DNA from: Gammaproteobacteria bacterium
GTDB lineage: Bacteria; Pseudomonadota; Gammaproteobacteria; Pseudomonadales; Azotimanducaceae
Length of the DNA stretch: 64,000 nt
Direction of reading: 5' to 3'
Assembly (NCBI GenBank): GCA_005799745.1
Contig: SYFY01000120.1
Location: 24,126-88,125, forward strand
Shown: positions 9,250 through 18,665 of the stretch, in pieces
Layout: each line of letters opens with the position of its first letter
How positions within the stretch are numbered: the stretch's first letter is position 1
Program-made: the position numbers and the translations under genes
The notes under the pieces: generated by a model
The model's database searches: none
What the model saw: the letters and a program-made list of their open reading frames with translations, nothing else
Told to the model about the DNA's origin: nothing

Positions 9250-10489
9250 TCACACCGATAGGGAAACTACCGCCGTGGCAACAGTACCAATGGCGAGCAG
9301 CAGCACGTAGATGAATGAGCTGATTACAAACTTCACCGTGGTTTTGAAGAATCCCTGCCGATAGACCCGCTTCATGGCGAGCCACGGATAGAGAAAAAAC
9401 CAGGTCCACCAGAGCGCAATTACCCATCAGGGTACCGACGCCCATGCGGATCGAACCCATGGCACCATCGAGCATCCTGCGATCAACCCCAGAGTTAGGA
9501 AGTTAAACGCGTGCACATGCATAGAGTGGATCAGGTGTTCAACGTAGTAGCGCCCCGAACGTAGGTGCAAGATCTTCAGGATGAAAGCAAATACGGGCAA
9601 CAACATAAACATCATCACCGGCAGGTAGCCGATGGCTTTCTGCAGAACGTCTCGCTGATACTCGCCATCTCTGCCGAGCCGATGCAGATTGTTCGATGCC
9701 CGATCTTCCATCACTTTTAACCAACCAACCACTGTCATCGCTGGTCAGCTCAATGCGGTCGTCATCATCAACCTCCATTTCAAGCAACGGGCCCAGGCGA
9801 GATGCTGCGTTGTTCGGGTTCGTAACTGTTTTTGCGCCGGCCACCAGAGCACCGTCCGCCTGCCAGGCCACCAGCGCGAAGAAAATAATCGAGAGGAACA
9901 ACGTCATTCTTACCGGCGGCAGGTAGGTGGCGCGCCGACCCGCGAGATACTCGACCTTCAAAAATCCGGGTTTACCAATCAATGGCCAGATCGAGCTGAA
10001 AAGCCTCGAATCGAAGTTCAAGAAATCCCGTAAAAAATCGCCGATCAATCGATGAAAAGCGACGACACTGACGTTGTTGTCCTGACCACACGAAGCACAG
10101 AACTTGCCAGCGACACGTGCACCACCGTTGGGGCACTCGGTGACACTTTGGTTGCCTGCAGCGTCTGATGGTGTAGCGAGTTCACTCGCCGCGAGCAGGC
10201 GTCGCGTGATGACCTTACTGCCGTCGCCATAGCACGTTGCCAGGTCGCCAAGAAAGGAGGATTCCGATGCCGCGATCCAATCATCAAGTTCTGCTTCAGA
10301 CCGCACTCGGAACTGCAGCGCGAGGTGATGCCCATCTACCTTATTGGCGGTGGCATTGCGGTAGGCTCTACCACTTTCGAACCCTTCGTTCTCCAGGACT
10401 TGCCGAAGCAGGTTATCCAACCACGTGCCGGTATCGAGGGGTTGATCCGACGATGGTGTGATTTCTACTTCGTACAAAACCCCACTCAT
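9250..10489 (-). pseudogene. DUF3667-type zinc-ribbon membrane protein gene with one frameshift and one in-frame TGA
   Basis: Frame A (track ORF 9539..10489) carries the zinc ribbon CPNGGARVAGKFCASCGQ and the first TM. The family continues in another frame (track ORF 9427..9738: LPVMMFMLLPVFAFILKIL...YYVEHLIHSMHVHAFNF). After TGA 9427..9429 the same frame continues as WVIALWWTWFFLYPWLAMKRVYRQGFFKTTVKFVISSFIYVLLLAIG, ending at the stop at 9250..9252. Confidence 0.7.
9719..9730. repeat. (AACC)3 = (GGTT)3 tetranucleotide repeat at the DUF3667 frameshift site
   Basis: Seen directly. The coding strand reads agt GGTTGGTTGGTT aaaag. Removing one GGTT unit joins ...DDSGWL to KVMEDRASNNLHRLGRD... in frame. 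Confidence 0.8.
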
Positions 10490-10508
10490 CAGGCAGCGTT
10501 CTCTGGGA

Positions 10509-11471
10509 TCAGTTTCCGCCGGCCAACGAGTAGGTGGTAAGCCAGAACATATAACCGAGATACGACGCCAGCATCACCGCACCTGAGGCACGACCGAGCT
10601 GGTGTCGCCCGGAGAGCAACAACACCAGCAGAAGCACAGCAATACCCAACATGACGAAGTGATCGGTCCAGGTGATTCCACCCATCGCCAGCGGCTTGAT
10701 GACCGCGGTAACACCAAGAATACCCAGAATGTTGAAGATGTTGCTGCCCACGATGTTGCCGACGGCGATATCACCCTGCTTACGAAGTGCGGCGATGATC
10801 GATGTCGTCAGCTCCGGAAGACTCGTCCCCACTGCGACGATGGTGAGGCCGATAAACGCCTCGCTGACGCCCGCAGCTTCTGCGAGGCTGACCGCCGCAT
10901 CAACCAACAACTTCGCACCCACGATCAGGAGCCCAAGGCCGGCCCCGACCAGCAGCAGGGCGTAACCCATCCCTTTTCCGGGTGCGACACTTTCCGCTGA
11001 TGCATCCGGTGTATAAGTACGCTTCGACTCCCACAACGCGAACAGTGTGTATGCCACCAGACCCGCGATCAGGATGATGCCATCCACCAGACTCAGCCAC
11101 CCGTCATACATCATGAGCATCAACAAGACGGACACTCCGATCATGAGCGGCGTATGCACGTTCGTCATGGTTGGCAAGGACCGTGTAGGTGCGAGCATCG
11201 CCGCGAGCCCGAGTATCAAAGCGATGTTGCAGATGTTGGAACCGACGACATTGCCGAGAGAGATGTCGTTCTCTCCCACCACCGCAGCGTGCAGCGAGAC
11301 GACGAGTTCCGGTGTGGACGTACCGGCGGCCACAATCGTGACGCCGATGACCAAGGGCGATACGCCTGCTTTCTCCGCCAGCAAACACGCCCCACGCACC
11401 AGCCATTCACCACCAAAGTAGAGAATGCCGAGACCCGCGAGGATCTGCAGAACATCGACAAGCAGGACCAT
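10509..11471 (-). CDS. calcium/sodium antiporter (CaCA family, YrbG-like)
   Basis: Two alpha-repeats: GTSTPELVVSL...GNVVGSNICNI and GTSLPELTTSI...GNIVGSNIFNI. About 10 TM helices. Confidence 0.9.
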   Translation of the reverse strand: MVLLVDVLQILAGLGILYFGGEWLVRGACLLAEKAGVSPLVIGVTIVAAGTSTPELVVSLHAAVVGENDISLGNVVGSNICNIALILGLAAMLAPTRSLPTMTNVHTPLMIGVSVLLMLMMYDGWLSLVDGIILIAGLVAYTLFALWESKRTYTPDASAESVAPGKGMGYALLLVGAGLGLLIVGAKLLVDAAVSLAEAAGVSEAFIGLTIVAVGTSLPELTTSIIAALRKQGDIAVGNIVGSNIFNILGILGVTAVIKPLAMGGITWTDHFVMLGIAVLLLVLLLSGRHQLGRASGAVMLASYLGYMFWLTTYSLAGGN

Positions 11472-11556
11472 TAACCAAGACTCCTCAGATCATCGAACTA
11501 AGCGTCGACCCATCAAATTAAACAACAAGCAGTTTTCACCGGGACGTGCGGGGACA

Positions 11557-12723
11557 TCAGCGCAGAGGCGAGTCGAGCAATTCGCGGGCGATGATGTGGC
11601 GCTGAACTTCACTCGGGCCTTCACCGATGCGACGAATGCGCATCTCCCGGTACCAGCGCTCAAAGGGGAAATCCTTGGTGACACCGTAGCCACCAAACAT
11701 CTGCATGCAGCGATCCACCACGCGACTCGCGGCTTCGGTGGCCACAAGCTTCGCCATGGCCGCTTCCGTGCGGAAAGGTTCACCCCGATCTGCCTTGGCT
11801 GCGGCCTCCAGCGTCAACCAGCGGGATTGCCGGATATCGATCTCATTGTCGACCAGCATCCACTGGATCGCCTGACGAGACGAGAGCGGCGCGCCGAACG
11901 TTTCTCGTTGTGGTACGTATTCCAGGGCCATTTGATGGGCCTTGATGGCCACACCAATACAACCAGCCGCGTATGGAATCCGTTGGCGCGTCAGCCGCTC
12001 ATTGGCGATGGCGAAACCACTATTCACCTTTCCAAGAATGTTCTCGTGAGGAACCCGCATGTTTTCGAAAGACAGCTCCGTCGCATAATGTGCACTGCGC
12101 AACGTGTGCACCACGCGCCGAACACGGAATCCGGGGGTGTCCGTATCGACAATGAAACAGGTGACACCGTTACGACCGTTTTCCGGTTCCGTGCGTGCGA
12201 AGACCAAGCCGAATTGCGCCTTGTCCGCGCCACTGATGAAGATCTTGCTGCCGTTGATCACCCAGAAATCACCATCGCGCACTGCCTTGGTACGAATAGC
12301 GCGTGCAGGGTCGCTACCGCCTGAGGGCTCAGTCAATCCGAAGAAACCGCGCTTTTCCCCACGCAAAACCGGATGAAGGTATTTTTGCTTCTGCGCGTCA
12401 TTGGCCTCAAACAACTGCGCAAGGCCAGCGCCTCCAAACACGCCATAACACGGCGCGTACAGACCGGCCCGATGTTGGCTCATTTCAATCGCAAGCAGGG
12501 TTCGGGTAACGAGATCGATATCCGGCCCACCAAATGCAGGTGGAATGTCCAGACCATACAAGCCCATGGCCTTGGTCTTTTCGATCAACCGAGCTTTGTC
12601 CGCTGCCTCCAGTTCATCACCGTCGGGATCGAGATTGAACTCAAGAGGCACAATTTCCTCGCGCACAAAACGGCGCACGAGGTCTACCAGCAGTGACTGT
12701 TCGGGACTGAGCGTCAAATCCAA
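11557..12723 (-). CDS. acyl-CoA dehydrogenase
   Basis: GFFGLTEPSGGSDPA, DGDFWVINGSKIFISGA, C-terminal QMFGGYGV...RIGEGPSEVQR. Confidence 0.9.
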   Translation of the reverse strand: MDLTLSPEQSLLVDLVRRFVREEIVPLEFNLDPDGDELEAADKARLIEKTKAMGLYGLDIPPAFGGPDIDLVTRTLLAIEMSQHRAGLYAPCYGVFGGAGLAQLFEANDAQKQKYLHPVLRGEKRGFFGLTEPSGGSDPARAIRTKAVRDGDFWVINGSKIFISGADKAQFGLVFARTEPENGRNGVTCFIVDTDTPGFRVRRVVHTLRSAHYATELSFENMRVPHENILGKVNSGFAIANERLTRQRIPYAAGCIGVAIKAHQMALEYVPQRETFGAPLSSRQAIQWMLVDNEIDIRQSRWLTLEAAAKADRGEPFRTEAAMAKLVATEAASRVVDRCMQMFGGYGVTKDFPFERWYREMRIRRIGEGPSEVQRHIIARELLDSPLR

Positions 12724-12756
12724 AGGGTTCAGGTATTACGAAAAGTGGCAGGCACT

Positions 12757-14925
12757 CTAGCGAGCCTGGTAGTTCAGATGCAAGACAGAACGTGACGCCT
12801 TCTCGACATCTTTACGATTGAACCAAGCGCGTTTGTATTCGCGCTGAGCAAAGAGCGTCGCTTGGTCAAAGTGATGGGGTGAGGCAGGATCGGCGTTTTC
12901 ACCGAAGACGAGCAGCGACCGTGCGTCGTCGACGTTCGAGAAGTCTACAAGCCCAACGTAGGAATGACCTGCCACCGCGTACATGCGCTTTTGGCCCGGC
13001 GCCGGCCGGGAGTAGACATTAAAGATCGTGCCGAAAGGGTCACCAGGACCGCCGGAAACGGCGACGCTCGGTTGCGCATCATCGAACCCTTCCTTCCCGC
13101 CGGTGTGGCGTCGCTGTAAGCGATTGAGCTCCCCCCACTTCACTTTCCACGATCCGTACATCGCGGTGAGCTCATCCATCGCCTGGAAGAGTGCTTTGAC
13201 GGGATCGATCACACCTTTCTGGGTCATCACGAAACGCCACTGGAAATACAGTGCCATGCCTTCGGAGTCTGCACGCGCCTGGCGGTTCCACTTGAGCAGG
13301 TGAAACATCGCTTTGTTCACTCGGTCGAAGTCATCCTTCTGCAAATCCCGTGCAGCGGCTTCAACGACCAGCATCGGCAACATCGTGTCGGCTTCGATTA
13401 CACGTGTATCAAAGGTCATGTCGCGCAGCTGGTCGAAGCCGAAAGGCTTTCGACCCGACAACATCAACCGAGAGTTGCGTGAACGGTTGTTGTCGGGCTC
13501 CGGCGCTATATAACGAGGATATTTCGTGGCGTCGAGATTGAAGCCGTCGCCCGTGGCCATGAAGGGTGTAGCGTTACAGTTCTGCATGTAACCGGGATCC
13601 GGGTTTTCAAGCACTGGTAACTCTTCCAGCGGGTGATAACCCTGCCATTCATTTTTGGGGTCACTGCCATCCACCGGTTGCGTCCAATCGATGTCATCAC
13701 GTCGTTTCGGCACTGCGCCGTAATAGGCATAGAAGATGTTGCCGTCCGCATCCGCATACATGGTGTTGAACATCGGTGAGGCAAGTTGGCCGAGTGCTGC
13801 ACGGAATTCTTTTAGGTTTTTGGCCTTGAGCATCGCGTGGCGCTGTTGCAACTGGCCACCTTCATCGAACTTGGCAAGCCGCACCGCCAACATCTCATCG
13901 CCGCGTTTGGCAAGCAGAGGGCCGTGATGCGAGCGATGGAAATTGAAGGAGCGGCGATCAGTACCGATTTCGGTTTTTACGACAATGCTGTCTTCCCGGG
14001 ACGTCAATTCACGCTGACCACCGGCATAGTCGTAGTGCGTGGGTTTGGCAGCGTCGTTCACCTTTATTCGGTAAACATCGATCACATCCGGCGTGTTGAC
14101 CGTATGGCTCCAGCCGAGGCGTTCATTGTGACCAATGGTCGGCAGTGGTGACGCAAAGAAACCGGCGCCTGAGAAGTGCAGTCCTTCTTCACTGTGGATG
14201 TGGCCTTCATACCACTGTCCCGGACCAAAATAGGGTTGATGGGGGTTGATGAAGAGCATAGCGCCACCAGAACGGGAGCGCGAAGGGGCGATGGCCCAGG
14301 TGTTTGAGCCTGCTTGTGCGTAGGCTGGATCGAGCCTGAAAGCACTGGCATCAAGTTGTGGAACCTTCGACTGAGGACTGCTCAACGCAGCTGACATCTG
14401 CATCACCGCGCCAATTTCTTCCGACTTCAGACCTGCGCGATTGAATATGAAGAGTTGATAGACCGAAAAGCGCGAGAAGGCGACAAAATGCCATGGCTCA
14501 AACCGTTCGATCAGCCGAGGTTTCACACCGGTCCGCTTGACGTGGTCGTTGAGGGCGCGGGCGGAAGCAATGGTGAGCGCCTGTATTTCAGAAGGCAGCG
14601 TCTCCCATTCCGCATGAGAGATTTCAGGAATTCGCAGCGCACGGTTGAGCCAGTCTGCAGCCAATGCGGCCTCACCGTTCACTTCGGCAGATCGCCCCAG
14701 GGCCTGAATCAACGAGTCTTCAACCTGCCAGAAGTTGTCCTGTGCCTGCGCCGTAACAAAGCCGTACACGACGCTCGCGTCGGTTGGACCGTAGATATGC
14801 GGCACACCCCACTCATCGCGGTGGATGGTGACATTGCCTTCCTGTGCGAAAGACGCTCCACAGAAAATTAATGCCGTGGAAATCACGAGAACACGATGAA
14901 CGAATCGATGCATGCCCTTCCCCAC
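12757..14925 (-). CDS. penicillin acylase family protein (Ntn-hydrolase; possible acyl-homoserine-lactone acylase)
   Basis: Signal peptide. RDEWGVPHIYG near the N-terminus. Internal processing/nucleophile site AGSNTWAIAP followed by LFINPHQPY. Confidence 0.85.
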   Translation of the reverse strand: MGKGMHRFVHRVLVISTALIFCGASFAQEGNVTIHRDEWGVPHIYGPTDASVVYGFVTAQAQDNFWQVEDSLIQALGRSAEVNGEAALAADWLNRALRIPEISHAEWETLPSEIQALTIASARALNDHVKRTGVKPRLIERFEPWHFVAFSRFSVYQLFIFNRAGLKSEEIGAVMQMSAALSSPQSKVPQLDASAFRLDPAYAQAGSNTWAIAPSRSRSGGAMLFINPHQPYFGPGQWYEGHIHSEEGLHFSGAGFFASPLPTIGHNERLGWSHTVNTPDVIDVYRIKVNDAAKPTHYDYAGGQRELTSREDSIVVKTEIGTDRRSFNFHRSHHGPLLAKRGDEMLAVRLAKFDEGGQLQQRHAMLKAKNLKEFRAALGQLASPMFNTMYADADGNIFYAYYGAVPKRRDDIDWTQPVDGSDPKNEWQGYHPLEELPVLENPDPGYMQNCNATPFMATGDGFNLDATKYPRYIAPEPDNNRSRNSRLMLSGRKPFGFDQLRDMTFDTRVIEADTMLPMLVVEAAARDLQKDDFDRVNKAMFHLLKWNRQARADSEGMALYFQWRFVMTQKGVIDPVKALFQAMDELTAMYGSWKVKWGELNRLQRRHTGGKEGFDDAQPSVAVSGGPGDPFGTIFNVYSRPAPGQKRMYAVAGHSYVGLVDFSNVDDARSLLVFGENADPASPHHFDQATLFAQREYKRAWFNRKDVEKASRSVLHLNYQAR

Positions 14926-14976
14926 AGGCTAAAGCCACCAGTGAACCTGAGGTTCAAGAGCACATCAAGATTAAAC

Positions 14977-16290
14977 TCAGTCGATGGCTTGAAGGAGGTC
15001 CGCGTTGCGAAGGAGTTCAACCGCACGAGTCAACGTCGGGAGCGGCATCTCTGACATGCCTTCAAGATCATCGAGGGTGTATTCGCCGCCCGCATAAGCG
15101 AGCACCCAAAGCAGCGCCAATTGCAGCGCCTTGCTTTCGTTGTTGCCACCGATCGCGTCGTAGAGGCCGCGTCGCCCGAGCTGTGGTTCACACTCAGGAT
15201 TCAGGCTTCGGTAGCGCGGAGACTGAAGCACACTCGCGAACGCTGCCTTGCACGCTTCAACCGTGTCAAACAGAGCTTCACCGTCGATCAGCCCAAGGTT
15301 GTCGGCGGAGGTGTGGTAGGCGTCGTACTCGCCGTAAGGCGTGCGCATCAAGCAGCCCATTGGAATGTCGATGCCCGGTGAACAGAATTGGCGCTCGTCA
15401 TAACCATAGGGCAAGTAGGGGCGAACGCGGTTACCGCGACCCCTGAGCACTCGTGCAAACGCGCGATCCAACAGCCCGTCGCCGTGACGGCTCTTCTTGA
15501 ACGTGAGCGGTCCGCGGTCACCGACACCGGAGAGCACCACGTCTGCCTTGATGCGTCGGGTGGTTTCCTGATTGACGCCAAGCCACGTGATCGCGCCAAT
15601 GGTGCCGGGAATGAAAATGAAGCGAACGCCAAATCTGGGTTTCGTTCCGGAGCTTAAGATTGATTGTGCGAGGGCAACCGCAACTGCCATTCCCGAAAGA
15701 TTGTCGTTGGCGAGAGACGGATGGCAGACGTGGGTTGATACCAGGAGTTCATCACCGCTCTGACCTGGAATGAAGAACTCACCATAGGTCAAAGAGCCTT
15801 CACCCAGTGTCGAATCGATCTTGATCCGATAGTCGCCCGGTTTCAGTTGTGAGCGTGCTTCGTGTGACAGGCAAAAGCCCCATCGTTCGTCGTAGTAACT
15901 CGTGCGATACGGAGCTCGCTCAGGGAAATCAGGGAGCGAATGCAGGTGCTTTTGGAGCGCATCCAGCGTCATGACTTGCTCCACAGGTGTGGAATAAGAC
16001 ATCACATGCAGATTGCTGCGCGCAAAGTCGACCACCCGTGATCCATCGGGTGCTTCAATGAACGCACCTTTGATGTTCCACTCTTTCGGCACCTTCCAGT
16101 CGAAAACTGGCGTGCCCGTCGGCACCTCGTGCAATTCGATAGGCAGGTATTCACCGAGAATTCGTAGCGTTTCTCGCACCCCGTCACCGGTGATGCTGCG
16201 GCAGATCGGGAAGAGCCGCGTATACAGATCGTGCAGGGCTTGACCGTTGTTGAGCGTCAGGTTGTCACCTGTCCGAATTGAGGGTGCCAC
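14977..16290 (-). CDS. DUF4910 / aminopeptidase-like domain protein (COG4310 type)
   Basis: LFPICRSITGDGVRETL..., HVCHPSLANDNLSG, C-terminal winged-helix-like tail. Starts 6 nt after the rfbF stop. Confidence 0.7.
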   Translation of the reverse strand: MAPSIRTGDNLTLNNGQALHDLYTRLFPICRSITGDGVRETLRILGEYLPIELHEVPTGTPVFDWKVPKEWNIKGAFIEAPDGSRVVDFARSNLHVMSYSTPVEQVMTLDALQKHLHSLPDFPERAPYRTSYYDERWGFCLSHEARSQLKPGDYRIKIDSTLGEGSLTYGEFFIPGQSGDELLVSTHVCHPSLANDNLSGMAVAVALAQSILSSGTKPRFGVRFIFIPGTIGAITWLGVNQETTRRIKADVVLSGVGDRGPLTFKKSRHGDGLLDRAFARVLRGRGNRVRPYLPYGYDERQFCSPGIDIPMGCLMRTPYGEYDAYHTSADNLGLIDGEALFDTVEACKAAFASVLQSPRYRSLNPECEPQLGRRGLYDAIGGNNESKALQLALLWVLAYAGGEYTLDDLEGMSEMPLPTLTRAVELLRNADLLQAID

Positions 16291-16296
16291 CAGTTC

Positions 16297-17067
16297 TTAC
16301 CAAACCTTCCAGGGCGCCTTGTTTTCGTTCCACATCTTCTCGAGGACGATCTTGTCGCGCAGGGTATCCATTGGCATCCACCAACCATCATGTTTGTTGG
16401 CGACGAGATGTCCTTCTTCAGCGAGTTTTTCCATTGGCCCAAGTTCCCACACAGTCTCGTCGCCCTCGATGTAGTCCACGGCCTTCGGATCAACGACAAA
16501 ATAACCGCCGTTGATATAGGCCGCTTCGCGGGGCTTCTCCTTGAAGCTATGCACGCGGTTATCGTCCTTCTCGAGCTGGATCACACCGAACCGTGCTTCG
16601 GGTTTAACCGCCGTCATGGTCAGGTATTTGCCGTGCGACTTGTGAAACTCAATGGACTTCTTGATATCAATGTTGCCAACACCATCGCCATAAGTCGGAC
16701 AGAAGGGCTCATCGTCCAGGTACTTCGCGGCACGCTTGATGCGGCCACCGGTCATTGTATTGATACCGGTTTCGACGAGGGTAACCCGCCACGGCTCGAT
16801 TCCATTGGTATGCACTTCTGTCGCACCTGCACGGAAGTCGAACGTCACATCCGCATGGCGGAGACGATAGTTGGTGAACCATTCCTTGATGTAGTCACTC
16901 TTGTAACCACAGCAGATGATCAAATCGTTGAGCCCAAGGTGGGCGTCGATCTTCATGATGTGCCAAAGAATCGGCATGGGGCCGATTTCGACCATGGGTT
17001 TCGGGCGGAGGGTGCTTTCTTCACTGATGCGTGAACCAAAACCACCGGCGAGGATCATGACTTTCAT
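16297..17067 (-). CDS. rfbF: glucose-1-phosphate cytidylyltransferase
   Basis: MKVMILAGGFGSRISEESTLRPKPMVEIG..., ...INGGYFVV..., C-terminal WMPMDTLRDK...W...APWKVW. Typical RfbF length (256 aa). Confidence 0.9.
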   Translation of the reverse strand: MKVMILAGGFGSRISEESTLRPKPMVEIGPMPILWHIMKIDAHLGLNDLIICCGYKSDYIKEWFTNYRLRHADVTFDFRAGATEVHTNGIEPWRVTLVETGINTMTGGRIKRAAKYLDDEPFCPTYGDGVGNIDIKKSIEFHKSHGKYLTMTAVKPEARFGVIQLEKDDNRVHSFKEKPREAAYINGGYFVVDPKAVDYIEGDETVWELGPMEKLAEEGHLVANKHDGWWMPMDTLRDKIVLEKMWNENKAPWKVW

Positions 17068-17261
17068 GCTGTCTTCCGTGCTGAAGCGGGGGATTCTTCC
17101 TTAAGGGGACCGTTTCAAACCTTTTCGGCTCCGGCGCAGTATACCGAGGCGAATGTCAGCGATTTTGCGCAGTCTTGACCAAAACGTAAGTTCGCGTGAA
17201 CGCAGCTTCGCTGAAATTACAATCGATGTCAGGTGTGTTGCTTTGTTAGAGCGTCGATCCC

Positions 17262-18149
17262 ATGCATTCAGCCAATACGGCCATCGTCACTTGTGCACTG
17301 CTCCTCGCACTTTCGCCGCTCGCTTTCGCATCTGAAAGTGTCGTCAGTTTTCGCGTTGACGGACAGCAGGTGGTAGGAACCCTCAACGTGCCCAAGGCTG
17401 CAACCAAACCTCCCGTGGTCCTGCTGCTGCATGGATTCACGGAAACACGCGATGCCTTCCCGATCCGATCAGTCAACGAAGGTGTTTACGCCCGGACTGC
17501 ACGTTTGTGGGCGGAACGAGGCATCGCCAGTTTGCGCATCGACTTCCGGGGCTCAGGAGACAGTGATGGCGACTTTGCCGACACCACTGTCAATGGACAG
17601 GTCAGGGACGGGTTGGCCGCCCTCGACTATCTGCAGGCCCTCAACAACCTCGACTTCCAACGGATGGCTTTAGTGGGCTGGAGCCTGGGTGGCGCGGTGG
17701 GCGCCGCTGTCGCCGCTCGTACACCCCACGAACTCGACGCCGTGGTGTTGTGGGCACCCGTGACGGACATGGTCGGGACCATGACGTTTATTCTGAGTGA
17801 AGACGCCATGGAAGAATGTTTCGATGGCGCCGCCGGATTGATCGAATCAAAACTCCCGTGGGGCGCGACTACACAGCTGAAGGCGCCGTTTTTCCGAGGT
17901 GTCCACGCCATAAACCCGGTGACCGAGATCAAGAGTGTTAACCATCCCCTGCTGGTCGCTGTTGGGACCAACGACGCCGTGGTGTTCCCACAACCGGCAG
18001 CCGGTCAGGTATTGCTGGACCATCACGAAGGCATAGAGAAACTCATCGTCTGGCCCATGGACCATGTTTTCAACGTCCTCGAGAACACGACGACCGTTGA
18101 CCGGCTGATCTCGACGACGGCGGACTTCATGATTCGACACCTCCACTAG
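17262..18149 (+). CDS. secreted alpha/beta hydrolase
   Basis: Signal peptide ...LLLALSPLAFA/SE, VVLLLHGFTE, nucleophile elbow GWSLGG. Confidence 0.8.
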   Translation: MHSANTAIVTCALLLALSPLAFASESVVSFRVDGQQVVGTLNVPKAATKPPVVLLLHGFTETRDAFPIRSVNEGVYARTARLWAERGIASLRIDFRGSGDSDGDFADTTVNGQVRDGLAALDYLQALNNLDFQRMALVGWSLGGAVGAAVAARTPHELDAVVLWAPVTDMVGTMTFILSEDAMEECFDGAAGLIESKLPWGATTQLKAPFFRGVHAINPVTEIKSVNHPLLVAVGTNDAVVFPQPAAGQVLLDHHEGIEKLIVWPMDHVFNVLENTTTVDRLISTTADFMIRHLH

Positions 18150-18263
18150 GGATCCTCTGATAGATGGATTTTTTTCGTCAGAGCGAGGCTGGAGGAACGC
18201 GACATGGTCACTGACATCCGTTTACCCCTGAAAAAATCAGGTGCAAACAACGGCGACCGGCAA

Positions 18264-18584
18264 TCAGGGATGAAGTGTGCCCAGTCGCAACGGTGGGTTG
18301 GCTACCGGCAGTCTGCCGTGATCTGCCCGATAGACCATCAGGAGTTCACGATAACGGGTGTGATACGCGGCGGTGGATTCAAACCGGAACTTCACCGCAG
18401 CGTCGACCTGCACAAACGCATCATCGATCGCACTGCGCAGCCCAAACAGACTGCGCGCGTCCGCAACGCCGATCAAAAGTACCTGACCTGATTCATCGGC
18501 CAGTTCAAAGACGCCGAGCTGGCCCGGCACACGCGCGACTTCACCGCGTGTACGCCAGGGCTTGTCAAGACGAAGTGACGTCAT
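18264..18584 (-). CDS. small hypothetical protein with GIY-YIG-like N-terminal motif
   Basis: PGQLGVFELADESGQVLLIGVADARSLFGLRSAI resembles the GIY...YIG...R core with Y replaced by F/L. 106 aa, downstream of the ThDP enzyme gene. Confidence 0.45.
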   Translation of the reverse strand: MTSLRLDKPWRTRGEVARVPGQLGVFELADESGQVLLIGVADARSLFGLRSAIDDAFVQVDAAVKFRFESTAAYHTRYRELLMVYRADHGRLPVANPPLRLGTLHP

Positions 18585-18599
18585 GAGTTGTGGACTACG

Positions 18600-18665
18600 C
18601 CTTCTTCTTCAGTGCTTTTTCGGTGCTTCTTCGGTTCTTCTTCGGTTCTTCTTCAGTTTTTCTTT
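18600..18665. repeat. six tandem 11-bp units (pyrimidine-rich on + strand, GAAGAAGAACC-like on - strand)
   Basis: Units read directly: ccttcttcttc / agtgctttttc / ggtgcttcttc / ggttcttcttc / ggttcttcttc / agtttttcttt. The array spans the stop codon of the ThDP enzyme gene and the spacer before ORF 18264..18584. Confidence 0.75.

Noticed and set aside
9700-9740. Programmed +1 ribosomal frameshift in the DUF3667 gene.
   Set aside because: No known slippery or stimulatory context is present. The shift coincides with a 4-nt repeat, consistent with a DNA indel, and the gene also carries a separate in-frame stop.
18600-18665. CRISPR array (also considered for 49178..49219).
   Set aside because: The units are 11-14 bp and directly contiguous with no spacers, and no cas genes are present. 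They are simple tandem repeats.
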